This document shows positions 48,724-61,562 of a stretch of 64,000 nt of DNA, one piece after another. The translations under genes and the position numbers were made by a program. The notes below the pieces were generated by a model. It was not told the origin of the DNA. It worked only from the letters and a program-made list of their open reading frames with translations, and did no database searches. Source of the stretch: Tubulanus polymorphus. Lineage: Eukaryota > Animalia > Nemertea. The first letter of the stretch is position 1, and each line of letters begins with the position of its first letter. The stretch lies in NCBI RefSeq assembly GCF_964204645.1, contig NC_134028.1, positions 15,259,653 to 15,323,652 on the forward strand. The letters are read 5' to 3'.

Positions 48724-49911
48724 ATCTTGCGTATGAGTCAGTTTGTCATCGAAGCAATACAGTCTAACTTGTTGACGTCTCAGATGCAGCGGGGCAGGGC
48801 GGTCATTATATTGTGGACTTATCCAAATTACACTTACACAGCCCAACGTGTTTCAGTGTGTAAACTCTGTCGTACTGGGCATTATAACACAGTGAGGAAT
48901 TGAGTTTTAGCCACCTGAGCCCTGATTCGAGCAAAAAGACCTTAACTGACTTCACAGAATTTGATTATGAGTCAAGGATTTTCTAAATTTCTGAATGCTT
49001 TCTCTGGTTTTAAGATCAATTAAAATTCAATCTTCAATACATAAAAATTAGTCAAATAAATTTTTATTTTATTGAAAGAAATTCTACTGAAGACAGATTT
49101 TGAAATGAAGGATATATCCAGGCAAATAATTACAGCAAAATCAACTGATGATCATCAAGGTGAAGTTTTCATTCATCTTCGGCTAATTTGTCTACCCCTG
49201 ATGATTGAAGCATTTTGGTTAGTCGCGCCAATTAGTCAGCCACAGTCGATTTTCATGCCATCTGACCTCTTTCCATCTGTAATTAAGCAATCAAATGTAA
49301 GAATTACTTAGTTAAGGAGCGAAATAAAATATAGATATCTTAGGAGACTAATTTAAATCATGAGTTTGTTGTGAAAATCTATTACTACAGTCTCGTAGAG
49401 CATAGACACCAAGCCACGTGGCATTGGTATTTTAAGGGCTATTCAGTTTACTCCAAAACAAGTCTATGATTAACATTAAAAAAAGCTTCATATCAAGGGT
49501 ATGTCACAGGACTCGTGACGCCCATGAATTATCATCCCATGATAACAATGAATCCAATTCTGCATGTACGTTAGCACGACTGATTACTAATCCAAATATT
49601 GCATTACAAAAAAAACAATTACGCAAAACGTCAAGTACTTACAGCATCTGGGACAGTTGCGCTTCAGTTAGAGTTAAGTTACGTCTTTGGCTATCAATGT
49701 CGAAAAAGCCTAATTTGAAACAAGCATTTGCGCACTGTGGTTTAATATTCCTGCAAGAATCCGCAAAGGAATGGAAGACCGTAGTGACCAGTTCATTCCA
49801 CGAATAATAGCTGGAAAAAAAGTAATCAAAATAAATTGTCGTGCACATTCAGTGTAAACCAGGCCATAAGTAATGTCTATTTCAACCTGACTTGAGAGCA
49901 TTCTGGGTAGC

Positions 49912-50330
49912 CTAGCTCGCAAATCTTTGGTAGTACATACCTGATAAAGGTCTCAATAGGACCAGAAAGGACAGGCAGTCGACCTAAATCATCATTTTTA
50001 ATTTATTTGAAACTGTATTGAAGGATATCCAAAAAGTCTTCATTGAAAGGGGTTAAATGAAGAGAAGTGATTCCATGATTTGAAAGTTTAACAATATGTT
50101 TCCATGCCTACGTACCAAACTTCAGTTGGTAGGCATGGAGACATATTGTTAAACTTTCAAATCATGGAGTCTCTTTTCTCTCAGGAACCCCTCTCAATGC
50201 AGAATTTTTGGATGTCCTTCAATACAGTTTAAAGTGGATTAAAAAACAATTTTTTTAGGTCCACTGCCAATGCATTCTGTTCCTAATAAGACTTCTATCA
50301 GGTATGTACTACCAAAACTGACTGAGCTAG
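49912..50330. repeat. Imperfect ~420-bp palindrome (MITE-like)
   Basis: Arms tttggtagtacatacctgata / tatcaggtatgtactaccaaa and ccatgatttgaaagtttaacaatatg / catattgttaaactttcaaatcatgg. Confidence 0.75.
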
Positions 50331-50878
50331 CTGCTATTAAGGCATTCCACTGACTGGCTTTACCCACTATATTTAGGGCCTAAATCTATTCTAGGCGCTT
50401 CCCCCAAAAAGCTAGGCATTAAGTAAGTAGCCAACAATGATCATTGCTTCACCGAGTACTCATTTGCTACCATACTCATATTATTAAAGAAATCATTTAG
50501 GCCTAATACATTCCCTGGTTAACGGATTCTCACCTTAAAATACATAAACTCCGCTGTCGTTGTCATCGATCCGAGTCGTCAACTGAACGCGGAAGTAAAA
50601 TTCCGTGTGAAAATTCCTACAATTTCTGTCCATATCACGTTGATTTGAGCCCGAAATCTTCAGGAAATGTAGCCAACGTAAATTGATTTACGAATAGAAT
50701 TAATCAATTGACTCATTTTAGAAATCATGGTTTCGTGAAATTCATTAGGCCTAAAGTCCTAAAACTCAACTCCAGAACAGGTAAAAGTAGATCTGCGGGT
50801 TGGTTCCAACATTTTCACTGAGAAAAGTATTAATACGCGCAGATCGATAGAAAGAGGCACGTGAAGTAATTTTCTGAA

Positions 50879-51216
50879 GTCGACAGTCGGCAATCAGCAA
50901 TCAGAAACCTGATATATCACCGACTATCGACTACCGGTATCAGGTTTCTGATTGCCGATTGCCGATTGCCGACCCGACCCGAGAAATGGTCGACTATCAG
51001 GTCTCTGATTGCCGATCTCCGATTGCCGACCCGAAAAATGGTCGACTAGGCCTATATCAGGTTTCTGATTGCTGATTGCCGATTGCCGACCCGAGGAATG
51101 GTCGACTATCAGGTTTCTGATTGCCGATTGCCGATTGCCGACCCGAGAAATGGTCGACAATCAGGTTTCTGATTGCCGATTGCCGACCCGAGAAATGGTC
51201 GACAATCAGGTTTCTG
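50879..51216. repeat. Minisatellite, 36-50 bp unit gtcgactatcaggtttctgattgccgattgccgacccgagaaatg
   Basis: About six direct units plus one inverted unit at the left end. Confidence 0.85.
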
Positions 51217-51413
51217 GCGGCAATTTGAAACCGAACCACTCCCCTCGTTTATGAAAACCCTGCACGATGGACCTATTCTGGAGTTGAACCAAAACTCGCG
51301 ATAAATTTAAGCCGAAAATGATTTCAACCATCCACCATGTTGTTTCATTAATAAAACAATTGTTGCGCGCCGGTACTGTACTGATGTGTGTCCTGCCTGA
51401 TTGCATGGTTTCA

Positions 51414-51464
51414 CTTGGATTTGAACCCTCAACCTCTCAGTTGTGAGTCAAACACCTTATCCAC
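51414..51464 (-). repeat. tRNA-derived SINE head remnant
   Basis: Minus strand gtggataagg...gagggttcaaatcc is A-box/B-box-like, without a full cloverleaf. Confidence 0.45.
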
Positions 51465-51644
51465 CCCTGCCACAGCACAGGACGCGTCGCTTACCGTCAG
51501 TGGGAGTACACGACACGGCGAGTGGCGATTGCTACTATCATCCGGTGTTATCTTACAGTAAGTAATAAGATAAAATCCCACTATTTACAGATTAAAAGAA
51601 ATTAAAAATCAGAATTTATTTATTAAATCTAAAATATATAAAAG

Positions 51645-51684
51645 ACACGACGTTTCGATCTCACCCTAGAGATCATCGTCAGGT
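51645..51684 (-). ncRNA. Hammerhead ribozyme, inverted copy with truncated stem I
   Basis: Reverse complement reads acCUGACGAUGAUCUCUAGGGUGAGAUCGAAACGUCGUGU. Confidence 0.6.
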
Positions 51685-51903
51685 CACGTCGTGTCTTTTA
51701 TATATTTTAGATTTAATAAATAATTCTGATTTTTAATTTCTTTTAATCTGTAAATAGTGGGATTTTATCTTATTATCCGTTCACCACGTTCGAGTATGGT
51801 CATCGTTCTATTTTGTTACCCACGGATTTTAATTTGGCTTTGAAATTCTTATTCATAACCTTTCCTCATTTGATCTTTGCTTTTCGAAAATACGAATCTG
51901 CTC

Positions 51904-51945
51904 ACACCTGACGATGATCTCTAGGGTGAGATCGAAACGTCGTGT
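51904..51945 (+). ncRNA. Minimal type I hammerhead ribozyme
   Basis: ACAC-CUGACGA-U-GAUCUC(uagggu)GAGAUC-GAAAC-GUC-GUGU: core, stem II, palindromic stem III and stem I. Confidence 0.75.
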
Positions 51946-54900
51946 CTTTTATATATTTTAGATTTAATAAATAAATTCTTATTTTTAATTTCTTTTAATC
52001 TGTAAATAGTGGGATTTTATCTTATTATCCGTTCACCACGTTTGAGTGTGGTCATCGTTCTCTTACAATAAGTAATTTTAAGTTTAAAATAGGATGAAGA
52101 GTGCATTAATAGAATCTACGTGGAGAGAAAGTCTGTTATATTTCTATCAGAATTCAAAATTCCGTTTAGTAGCTGTTAGTTGTCAAATCCGAGAGAAGAT
52201 GAATTTTATGTGATGAAAAAAAGTGGAAAATATGTAATAATAATAACAACAATAATAATAATAATAATAATAACAATCAACAGAATTACAAGAGGGTTTC
52301 GACGAAAGTCAGAAAACCCTAATTACGTCACGCTAAAATCCGGCAGCGAAATAACTAAAATAATGTAACTTATGGATCGGGTTATTTCAGAATGTATTTA
52401 TTTCATGAAATTTCGAACAAGATTGGGTCGATGAATAGTTTAACAATGAACCGCGTTGGTCGAACGAGTTGAAAATAGCTGAAATTCCCTTAGCAACCGG
52501 AGCGAATTTAACAAAGAAGCGCTCAGTTCACTGACTCGACTGACTGGTTCAGCAAGCATCGCGCAGGTTAAAATCCCGGAGAATTACTACGCTCCTCGCG
52601 CGGGAGCAGCTGTCAATATTTCCCAGCCGCAACACTGAGATATGCTTGCCGGTATTCTATCAAATTTAATGTTGTCTGTCCTTTAGACTGCGATGAGAGT
52701 CGCGTTAGAGTAGAACGATTTGCTTAAAATTTCACGGCAGCGCTCGGCACTTTACGCGTCACCCGAGCAGCAACATCGCGGTCGGCAAAAATTGGTCACC
52801 GCCCCTTTCGCCAAAGGATCTCTGTACTGTTAGCCACGAACGATGCACTCCGAGGCGCTCTGTATAATTTGAGCGATATGAACGCCAAATGTGAACCGAA
52901 CCGCCCCGAAATCCGAAAGAAAATAAGTTTGGCCAGACGTCCCCGGAAACTTAAAAGATGCAAATTGTCATTCTTACAGGAAAACGGTCGTTGGCTTATA
53001 TCCGTTTGGTTTGCTTTATCTGAGAAAATTAAAATAAATTGAAAAAAAAACAATTTTTCTTGCTTGTGGAAAAAATAATTTCGTCAATTCCCTTTACTCT
53101 GTCATCGAACTGGCCTCCTGCCTGGGATTGGTTCCATGACTTTTTTTATTTCTTTACTGGTCTGGACGTTTGTCTTTTTGGGTGATTCTTAAAAGGAGAA
53201 ACAGATCGAATAGCTTCTCAATTTATTGTTCTATACGACTACGTTAAATTTCAACGGTATATATAATTTTCTAGCGAATTTTCGAAGCTTCCCTACCGAA
53301 AGTCATTTCTATAATTTTCACACCCCAGGGTTAATTTAAGGTTCGACTAGAAAATCGACGGCTTCGATATCATCTAATAATTTTTTACCTTCCGTTTTAG
53401 AGTTTCATTAAAAAAATGAAAGTCGTAGACTTTTGTGTAGGCCTAGTTCAATTCTTTTTAGTGACTTTCTCTGTTATCACGTGATACGATGTTCGCTTGA
53501 TGTCAACAGTCTATACTGACACTTTATTTAGTCCCACAGTCAGACTATGGCTCTAGTGAAATGAAATTTCGGATCGAAACGTCGCGGAGAGCATGTGTAT
53601 ATGATATAATATTTATTCGCCGTGTAGTATAAATAACAGGTAACATACTGATCCGCAGCTGAATTGTACTTTCAAAAAGATCAAACGATTTATATACGTA
53701 GGTTTCTTGGCATGTCCTGGGAGAACACACGCATTGTTCCTTATGTACGATAATACATTATCCGCCTTAATGGTTGTTTATCTGAAACATTTATACTTGT
53801 ATCAGACGAGCATTCTAAATCACTTTAAAGGTAATCACGGCGCTGTAGTCATGAGAAGAATTCGTGGAAATGAGCAATTATGAAATAAACTTATGAAACA
53901 CTCGCTGACCCTTAGTCTGATAAATCGATAATAAGGAGTAATATTAAAGAGTAATATTAAAAAGTAATATTAAAGAGTTTTATTATTTTAATTAATAAGA
54001 GTTTGTGTGTTTAAATTTGAATGTACTAATAATGATAAAGAATGTAAATAAGAAAGTTGATATTTCGGCTTACATTGTATATTACTATTTAGACAAAATT
54101 AAATATCGTTCATTATGGGAATTGTGTTCATTGGATAAGTTAAAATAAATGAGTTCGAGGGTTGGAAAAATAGTATGTAATCTCTTCGGTGCGGTTGAGA
54201 AGGAGAGCAGACCGGCAGGTATCATGACGTCGAGGGTCGGGTTAAAGTTAGCAGCGAATGAAAAGTCTAGGAATCAGGACCCCAGCTCTGCGTCGTGGTG
54301 CTTCGTTGGTTGCTCGTTCCCTTTTACGGCTGGCCGCAAGCAGGGTTCTGGATTTTTCTTGGGTGTGGACGCAGCCGTATAAAAGGGGCCGCACCTCGAG
54401 AGAGAGCGGACTATTTTAGAGAGCATTTTCAGGGGAAGCATTAGAAGACTATAGAACAGATAACTTTCGGCTATCCGGTTGAATTGCATCTTCTTGTGTG
54501 CGGGATTTGTAACAAAATTCTAAATTAAAAGGTAGGGAATTTTTTAAATTGTTGAGACTAAAGTTCAGTTAAAATTGTAGAATAAAAGTTGAGTATTATC
54601 ATATTTAAATCCGGAGTTCCTTTTATTCCTTGGTTTTCGGGTTTCTGTGTTCGTGGTCGACTTTCTCGCCAGGGACCGGAGTTTGTAATAGAGGAAAAAG
54701 ACAATAGAGAAAGGGACCGCGGAACAATACATAGGCCTACACATACGCAGCTGGATGTTAAGAAACTGAAAGCAGAGAGGCCGTGTCCCGTAGTTTAGGG
54801 ATCCATCCAAGTACCGAGATTTGTCAAACGATAATGTTTAATGAGACGAGAAGATACACAATATCCGTGTATGATGACAACGAGAGAAATTCCACAATAA

Positions 54901-55977
54901 TGAAGCCAAAATTGAAAAATCCAGTAAGCCTGATGATGGCTAAATAGTTGTTTTAGCCGAAACGTCGCTCCTAAAGTAAATATAATCATTCTGATATAGA
55001 ATTTTTCAATCTTGGCATCGTTATTGTGGGATTTATCTCGTGATAATGTTTAATTTTTAAATGGATTTAATTTCAGTTAATCTTTTTGAGATACCGGGCC
55101 CTGGAAAATAATAATCCTTCTAAGCTCGACTTGTATTTTCCATACTTCTAGGATTCAGTCACGCTCGAGCGCACATCATAGAAACAATACTACTGATCAC
55201 TTGGCAACGAGTGGAAAAACGAAATCGAGGTCGCTTTTAAGGGACATCGAAAACAAAGACGCGTAATTAAATCGATTCGGTACGACAGCTGATGCACACA
55301 AATCGTCTGCACTACACGTCACCTGTTTCAAGTGTTTACATAACAAACCCGAGATTTACAAACAATTAATTTTAACCGGATTTTACGAATCTAAATTAAT
55401 TATTCTTCGATAAAGATAATCATTCGTTTCGTTCACGATGTAATCACTTTAGTTGATGTTCGCGTATGCTTTGAACACTGATTCATTTGCTTTTCGAGCT
55501 CGAGTCAACTTAAACGAATTCTTCGTTGCATTTGAAAGTAAAATTTCATCTATCTACGCTCCGATTTCCATCTAAAATGTTGTCAAGTAATCTTAAAACT
55601 ATACATGCGCTGTATATGAAGCGCCAAATTAGTATCGAGCACAGCTATCATCGAGGTGAAATGGTACGTCAATTACCAAGGACATCGAGACCAGGTTCAG
55701 GTAATAATGTAGTAGCATCAGATTATCTGTTTGATCACGGATATCGCAAATAATTACCAAGTTCAGGAACCACTCCTGACGACAACCTTCACGAAATCGT
55801 AATAAGGATTCTAATACCACCAAAGCCCCAACTAAAAGAACTTACGCGGAAGTTGTCAGTGGAAGACTCCCCCCCCCGCAGTAGGTCTTGGACTTGAAGC
55901 AAAAGCTGGCTCGGTAGCATTGCCAGTAAAACCAATAACTGAATCTCCCAGTCCTATGATTTCCTTAAATGAGGAAA

Positions 55978-58350
55978 GTTACAGAATTTGTAATATGCCA
56001 GGTGATGGAAATTGTTTTTTTTTTCATTGCCTAAGTATGGCACTTTTTGCTAATATTGAGTTCACGTAAAACTTAAGGCATTTCATATGTCATCATATAT
56101 TAGATAATTTTCCTATCTACAAGTTTGATGTCGTGACAGACCATAACTTTCCTTCTGACTCTAAGGAATCATACACTTCTGGTATGATAAATGCTAATGG
56201 TTGGGCAACAAGCAGTGAGGTCAAAGCAGCTGCACATATTTTAATGTGTGATATAACTACATGGGTATATGGCACTAATGGGAAGCACTTTCCTGTTAAG
56301 TATTTTTCTGGGGAAAATAACAGTCCCCAAATACATCTACTATTGAAGCCATTATTCGCTATTAAAATCAAAAAAGGTGAACACATCTTTTCGACTGAGG
56401 GACAGCAGCTGCCTGATACATATACAAAGTCCACCATCAGAGCACCAAAAAGAAAAACATGTAACCACCAATCCCCTGCTTTTCACAAAAAGTCAAAGGT
56501 GGTTACCATCAAAAAATCAAACAATAGAAAATCTGCGGCTGATAGAAAATCTGCTCCAGCTACAAAACCCTACATATTCAGAGAAGTTGGTGTTTTCAAT
56601 TAAAACCGCGCACAAAATAATATAAAAGCACAACAAAATATTCCTCCAGCCCCTGAAATGCCCATGTCTCAGAACGAAAAAAACAATTTCAATCAGGCAT
56701 TACAAAAAATACATGCCTTTGAATCAAAGGAAATATCATATGAATTCGTAATGTAATATATGCCTGGAACGTCACCTTGAAATGAAACTGGCAAAAATAT
56801 AGGTCCATGTGTCACCGGTGCTTTGTGGACAAAGAGCGAGTAAAATTGTTCTCCCATGATAATCGAATGGACCCATTAGAGGTTCCAAGTGAACTGAGCA
56901 ACTTAACTTTAGTTGAGCAGCAATTGATCTGCAGAATTGCTCCAACTATCAATGTTCACTTGCTCAAACATGGAGGCATCGGTTCAAGTGGACATTGTGT
57001 AACATTTCCACAGGATATTGATGAACCTGCTCAAATCCTCCCAAAACTTCCCCATGAAATAAATATATTGAGAGTAAGAAGAAAAGGCAGCAACGATACC
57101 ACAAAAAAAATTAACGTTCAACGATAAAAAGTAGAAGCAGCACTTAACTGGTTAAAAAAGAATAATCCGGCATATGCTGACATCAAAATCTCTGCAGAGC
57201 GCCTCAATCAGTTACCTAAAAATGGGGAAGTCAATATCCAAACTGTCGAGTACAATGGGGTACCCGCGAAACCAGCTATCCCACCAGATGGCGCAACAAG
57301 CAGTAGGTCGTTCGTTGTCAAAATAAGTTCATTTTCAATGACATTTGAACTGGATTTTTGAACTCCTCAATCCATATACTATCACAGCACCTACCAATAT
57401 ACAATACTTTCATTCTTCTAATCGGATATCGGTAAAGTTTCCAAAAATGATTCATTCATTTAAGAGAAAAGTTAATTTAGGTTTAATTGAAATGTAGACG
57501 AAATCGAACGTGGACGACCAACTATCTACTAGCGACACCTGGCGGATCCTCGCCTGCCATACGTGGAATCCTCGATTGCCACAGTAGCACTGCGGGTACC
57601 CCATTCCGATGTACAACACATCAAAGATCAAGGTCCAGCTCCTGAGCAAATTAATCCAGGTGAAATTACTGATGGCGAAACAACATCCTCTGTAAATCTG
57701 CCGAACTCAGGAGTCGACATCCGCACAGAAGTAGAAAACATAGTTCGGAACATTGTTGGCGATGATCATGGCCCAGTCACCGAAAGCCAACGTGGTGTTA
57801 TAACCATTCCATGGCCCACGCGTGACAGTTCTCCAATTCCAGAATTTACAACAAAATATTTTTTCACACTAGCTTTTCCTGTTTTATTTCCGTATGGCCT
57901 AGCTGATTTTAACATCAATCGTCCAAGAACTATTTCATCACTTTCAGCATGGGCAGATCATCTACTGTGGTATCAAGACGGTTTGTTTAAATTCATAGTG
58001 CACAACATTATATCCCGCAAAAAGCTGGTTACTACAGTTCAAATCTGAGGGGTACATCACAATATTGGGCCCAAAAGCCAAGGAACTGAGAGCCTTGTCA
58101 CAGTACCAAATAAACACTGGAAAAGGTTTGCCATGCTTTTTTACTACAGGCAGCTGTGCAGAATATCATTTTAAGCCACTTCGTCGCTTACTTAAAATGT
58201 ATATTGAACAAACAACTGGACAGGACCTTGACTTTGAAAATCGCAATAATTTATTTAAAGCACTACAAGAGAACTGTCACACTGTTGGACATTATTTTGA
58301 TTTACGGACCCAAAATTAGTTCAAGCAGGTAATGGGACCCATCTTTGGAG
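55978..58350 (+). pseudogene. Decayed Helitron RepHel gene with N-terminal OTU domain
   Basis: OTU-like MPGDGNCFF and GWATSSEVKAAAHIL; ELSNLTLVEQQLI...GHCVTFPQ...KVEAALNWLKKNNPAY; Helitron N-region TLAFPVLFPYG and GLPCFFTTGSCAE. Multiple stops and frameshifts. Confidence 0.8.
57257..57602. mobile_element. MITE inserted in the Helitron ORF
   Basis: TIRs GGGGTACCCGC / GCGGGTACCCC. The Helitron reading frame resumes on either side. Confidence 0.65.
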
Positions 58351-58353
58351 TCG

Positions 58354-58535
58354 ATGGTATTAAAAAAAGTATTTAGAATGGGAAGTATTAATGTTGATAG
58401 ATTTGATATAAATGATATCTTAAAATTAACATTAGCAGTTACTTTTTCTAATTTAACTATTAATTATTTAGAAAAACAAAAATATATTCCTCCTATATAA
58501 ATGCGTAATTTTTTTACTAAATAAATGGCATCTGC
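58354..58535 (+). pseudogene. Isolated Polinton fragment (3' part of the 71-aa gene and start of the 140-aa gene)
   Basis: Encodes MVLKKVFRMGSINVDRFDINDILKLTLAVTFSNLTINYLEKQKYIPPI*, then TAAATG-MAS. Closely matches the reverse complement of ~33845-34021. Confidence 0.9.
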
Positions 58536-59474
58536 GAAACGAATATTTGTTTTTGCGCCCGCGCAAAAACAAAGGCTTAATGAATTTTTTTAATCGATCC
58601 TGATCGCATTACGTACAGGAGTGCCGTGCCCCATGTTCATAGAGGTAGCACGCTCTTGTTGCATGGTCGCTCGAAGAAGATGGCTAATCATCCTCAAGAA
58701 ACAGATGTAAATATAAACTTTTGATTTAATTCCTTGATCGTTATATGGCTATTAATCATTAGTGTAGGCCTACTTTTACAGATCATTAAACAATGGATCG
58801 TTAGACGGGTTTAATCACTTCCCAGTGGATAAAGGTCATCTACCCGGGTCTACAAGCCGATTCACTCATTAATGTTTGTGTAGTATTGGTGATATAATAA
58901 TATTTTCGAATTCGGCCAAACTTATTTTCTGCAACGAGATTTGGGGTGATTGGGGGTCGTCATGCCTCCAATGCGCGCCCGTACTAAAATCAATAAACTT
59001 TTGTTGAATTCAGACGCTGTAAACTATTTTAGCGTGTTTAGGCCTACGTATAATAATACATGTAAGCTTGATAACCCATACGCCATCTGTCTAGTAAGGG
59101 AAAACCTTTCCTGGTCTTTGCCTGAACTCTGGAAAGGGTCGGGTCTATTACATTTAAGATAAACACATTTAGCAGTGAAAGGGTTCGAGTTAAGGGGCAG
59201 GTAACTCAACTTTTTTTCTTCATTTTGATCGAGGCTAATACTTTTCATATGAAAACCCACATCTTAAAATATTTATTTATGAGGTCGTCCCGCTCTCGTA
59301 GTCAGGAGTCAGGAAGCTCACGAGACATTGCCTCAGGCCAGTAACATGGTTAAGCGGCAACCAGTCTTATACAATTCTGACTGAACTGGCCTGAGGCACG
59401 TAAAGTTACTTGCAGCCTCATGCCATTGTAATTATTAGGTGTATTAGATGTTTTTCTTCTTACTTTTTAAATAG

Positions 59475-60399
59475 TCCATCGACCAAGTTCTTCTAGATTT
59501 GGATTTGGGAGACTTCATACAAGTTTTCAAAGATAACAAGGTAGGCTACATATATATATGTTAAATCTTTGATTGCTTTAATTCAAAGCAAATTTTGAGT
59601 AGTCGGACATGCCTTGATTGTAAACAGGTTACAAGATATATATTTCTAATTTGACTTTTCGTACATTTCTAGATAGGTTTACAAAATGTGGTACCATTAA
59701 CCGATGCAGATTTTGAAGCTTTAGGAATTGTAGCTGTAGGCGATCGGAATCGACTGAGACAAAGATGCCGGATTGCATCTAGCACCGGTACAAACTTTTT
59801 TTAAATCCAAAATTTTGAATGGTTTTCAAATGTTTGTGAGGCAGTGCCACTACCCTTTTCCTAGTGAACATGTGGGCCACGTCTGTATCAAATCTTCCCA
59901 TCTGACATGTTATATGTTCATTTTAGGTAATGCATCAGCAGTCATTAGTCGTTTGCGGGGAAAGATTCCTGCATCCAAAAGACCAAGTTTAGAAAAACTG
60001 AAAAAAAACGTAAATGGTTTAAAAAGCACAACGCGAATTAAATTTGGATGGAAGCATAGAAAATCTGGAAAATCAGATTTTGCTCTTATAGGTATCGCGA
60101 ATGGTGGTGGCAACCATTCTTTAGACATTGAAAAATTTGCAGATTATGATTCTTTATGTCAGAAAGCTGTGGAACTTTTCTTCCAGATGGAATTTCAAAA
60201 GCTATGAATTTGAAACTCAGCAATTTGGATGTCTTTATAGCAAATTTTACTGGCAAAATGCTCGAAAGAAAGTTTCCTGATGGCCGAACATTTTGTCTAA
60301 ACGAGTACGTTAAGGATGCGTCGTATCCTGTTAGACTATATATCCATACATCAGGGAGTTCTGAAGAATTTCCAGTAGCACAATTCCTTCAGAATCCAC
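59475..60399 (+). pseudogene. Spliced SAM-domain gene fragment, frameshifted and truncated
   Basis: GT-AG exons 59475-59540, 59673-59787 and 59927- join in frame: SIDQVLLDLDLGDFIQVFKDNK/IGLQNVVPLTDADFEALGIVAVGDRNRLRQRC (SAM pattern). Frameshift at ~60180. Confidence 0.65.
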
Positions 60400-60674
60400 A
60401 AGAGTAATAGGGGTAATGGGCTTTCAGGCCAAAGGTCGAACGGTCGAGCTCGTAAAAATGAAAAACATGAAAATAATTACAATTTCTACTTGAATTACTC
60501 GCGAAACTCATAAAAATGAAAAATAAATTCTCACACGCTCGAATTTATTTTTTTTCATTTTTATGAGTTTCACTCCTAATTCAAGTAGAAATTGTAATTA
60601 TTTTCATGTTTTTCATTTTTACTCACCCGCCCGTTCAACCTTTAACCTGAAAGCCCATTACCCCTATTACTCTT
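60400..60674. mobile_element. Palindromic MITE
   Basis: AAGAGTAATAGGGGTAATGGGCTTTCAGG...CCTGAAAGCCCATTACCCCTATTACTCTT, with ~130-bp arms around a 10-nt centre. Confidence 0.85.
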
Positions 60675-60904
60675 AAAATAATCATGTACATGAATAACAT
60701 TTAAATTGACAGATTATTCAATTTAAAAGTGTAAGCTCTTATAGAATAGATATATAGATATATTTTAAACATTATTTCAATATTCATATTTGTATGAGTT
60801 AGATGTTTAAACATTAAAAGTGTTAGTAAAGTGTGATTGAAATAATGCATGATATAAATCATTGAACTTCTAAAATCAATTTAGTAGAAAAATATGTATA
60901 ATAA

Positions 60905-61562
60905 ATGGAATCAGAACAACCACAAACTATAAATATTACAAATAACACTGGTGGTGTTATAAATATATATTACAAGAAGTGTTCTAAATGTGAATTAGAT
61001 AAATTAGCTTTAACAGAATTTAGTAATCGTAAGATTAGCAAAGATGGTTTTCAATATTGCTGTAAAAACTTGTTTTAAACTATATACCAAACAATACAGA
61101 GAAGATAATAGAGAAGCTTATAATGATTATATGACGGAATATATGAGAGAAAGATATCAAACAGATCTTAATTTTAGATTGAAACAATGCTTAAGATCTA
61201 GATTAACAAAATTATTCAACAAAGAAACGCATTCAGAAACACTATCTAATTTGTTGGGTTGTACAGATGAATTCTTAAAATCATGGATAATATATCAATT
61301 CGATGATAAAATGAATATAGATAATTATGGTGAATACTTTCATATTGATCACGTGTTGCCGATTTCTAAATTTGACGTGAGTGATGAATACAATAAAAAA
61401 CTTATTTGGAGTTGGAAAAATTTAAGGCCTTTAGAAAAGAAGGAAAACATAATTAAATCTAATAAACTAGATATACAGTTATATTTAGATCAACTGGATA
61501 AAGCAAAGACATTTGTTGAATTATGGAACTCAACATGTAATGAAAAATACGTTGAAGCTTAA
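60905..61562 (+). pseudogene. HNH-type endonuclease with N-terminal Zn ribbon, one frameshift
   Basis: Start at TAAATG 60905: KKCSKC...DGFQYCCK. An extra A at ~61066 precedes TCF...LLGCTDEFLKSWIIYQF...FHIDHVLPISKFD...WKNLRPLEKKENIIKSNK. Confidence 0.75.

Larger units (their letters stand above)
51567..52060. mobile_element. Truncated Penelope-like element (tandem plus inverted pseudo-LTRs)
   Basis: One inverted and two direct copies of the same ~120-bp segment, flanked by tcttaca(g/a)taagtaat. Contains hammerhead cores. Confidence 0.75.

Noticed and set aside
50879-51216. CRISPR array or coding repeat ORFs
   Set aside because: Head-to-tail minisatellite without spacers; the ORFs are repeat translations.
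51414-51464. tRNA gene
   Set aside because: No complete acceptor stem or cloverleaf; treated as a SINE remnant.
60397-60408. CACAAGAGTAAT identical to the left junction of Polinton 1, suggesting a TIR for Polinton 2
   Set aside because: AAGAGTAAT belongs to the arm of a local palindromic MITE and similarity ends after 12 bp.
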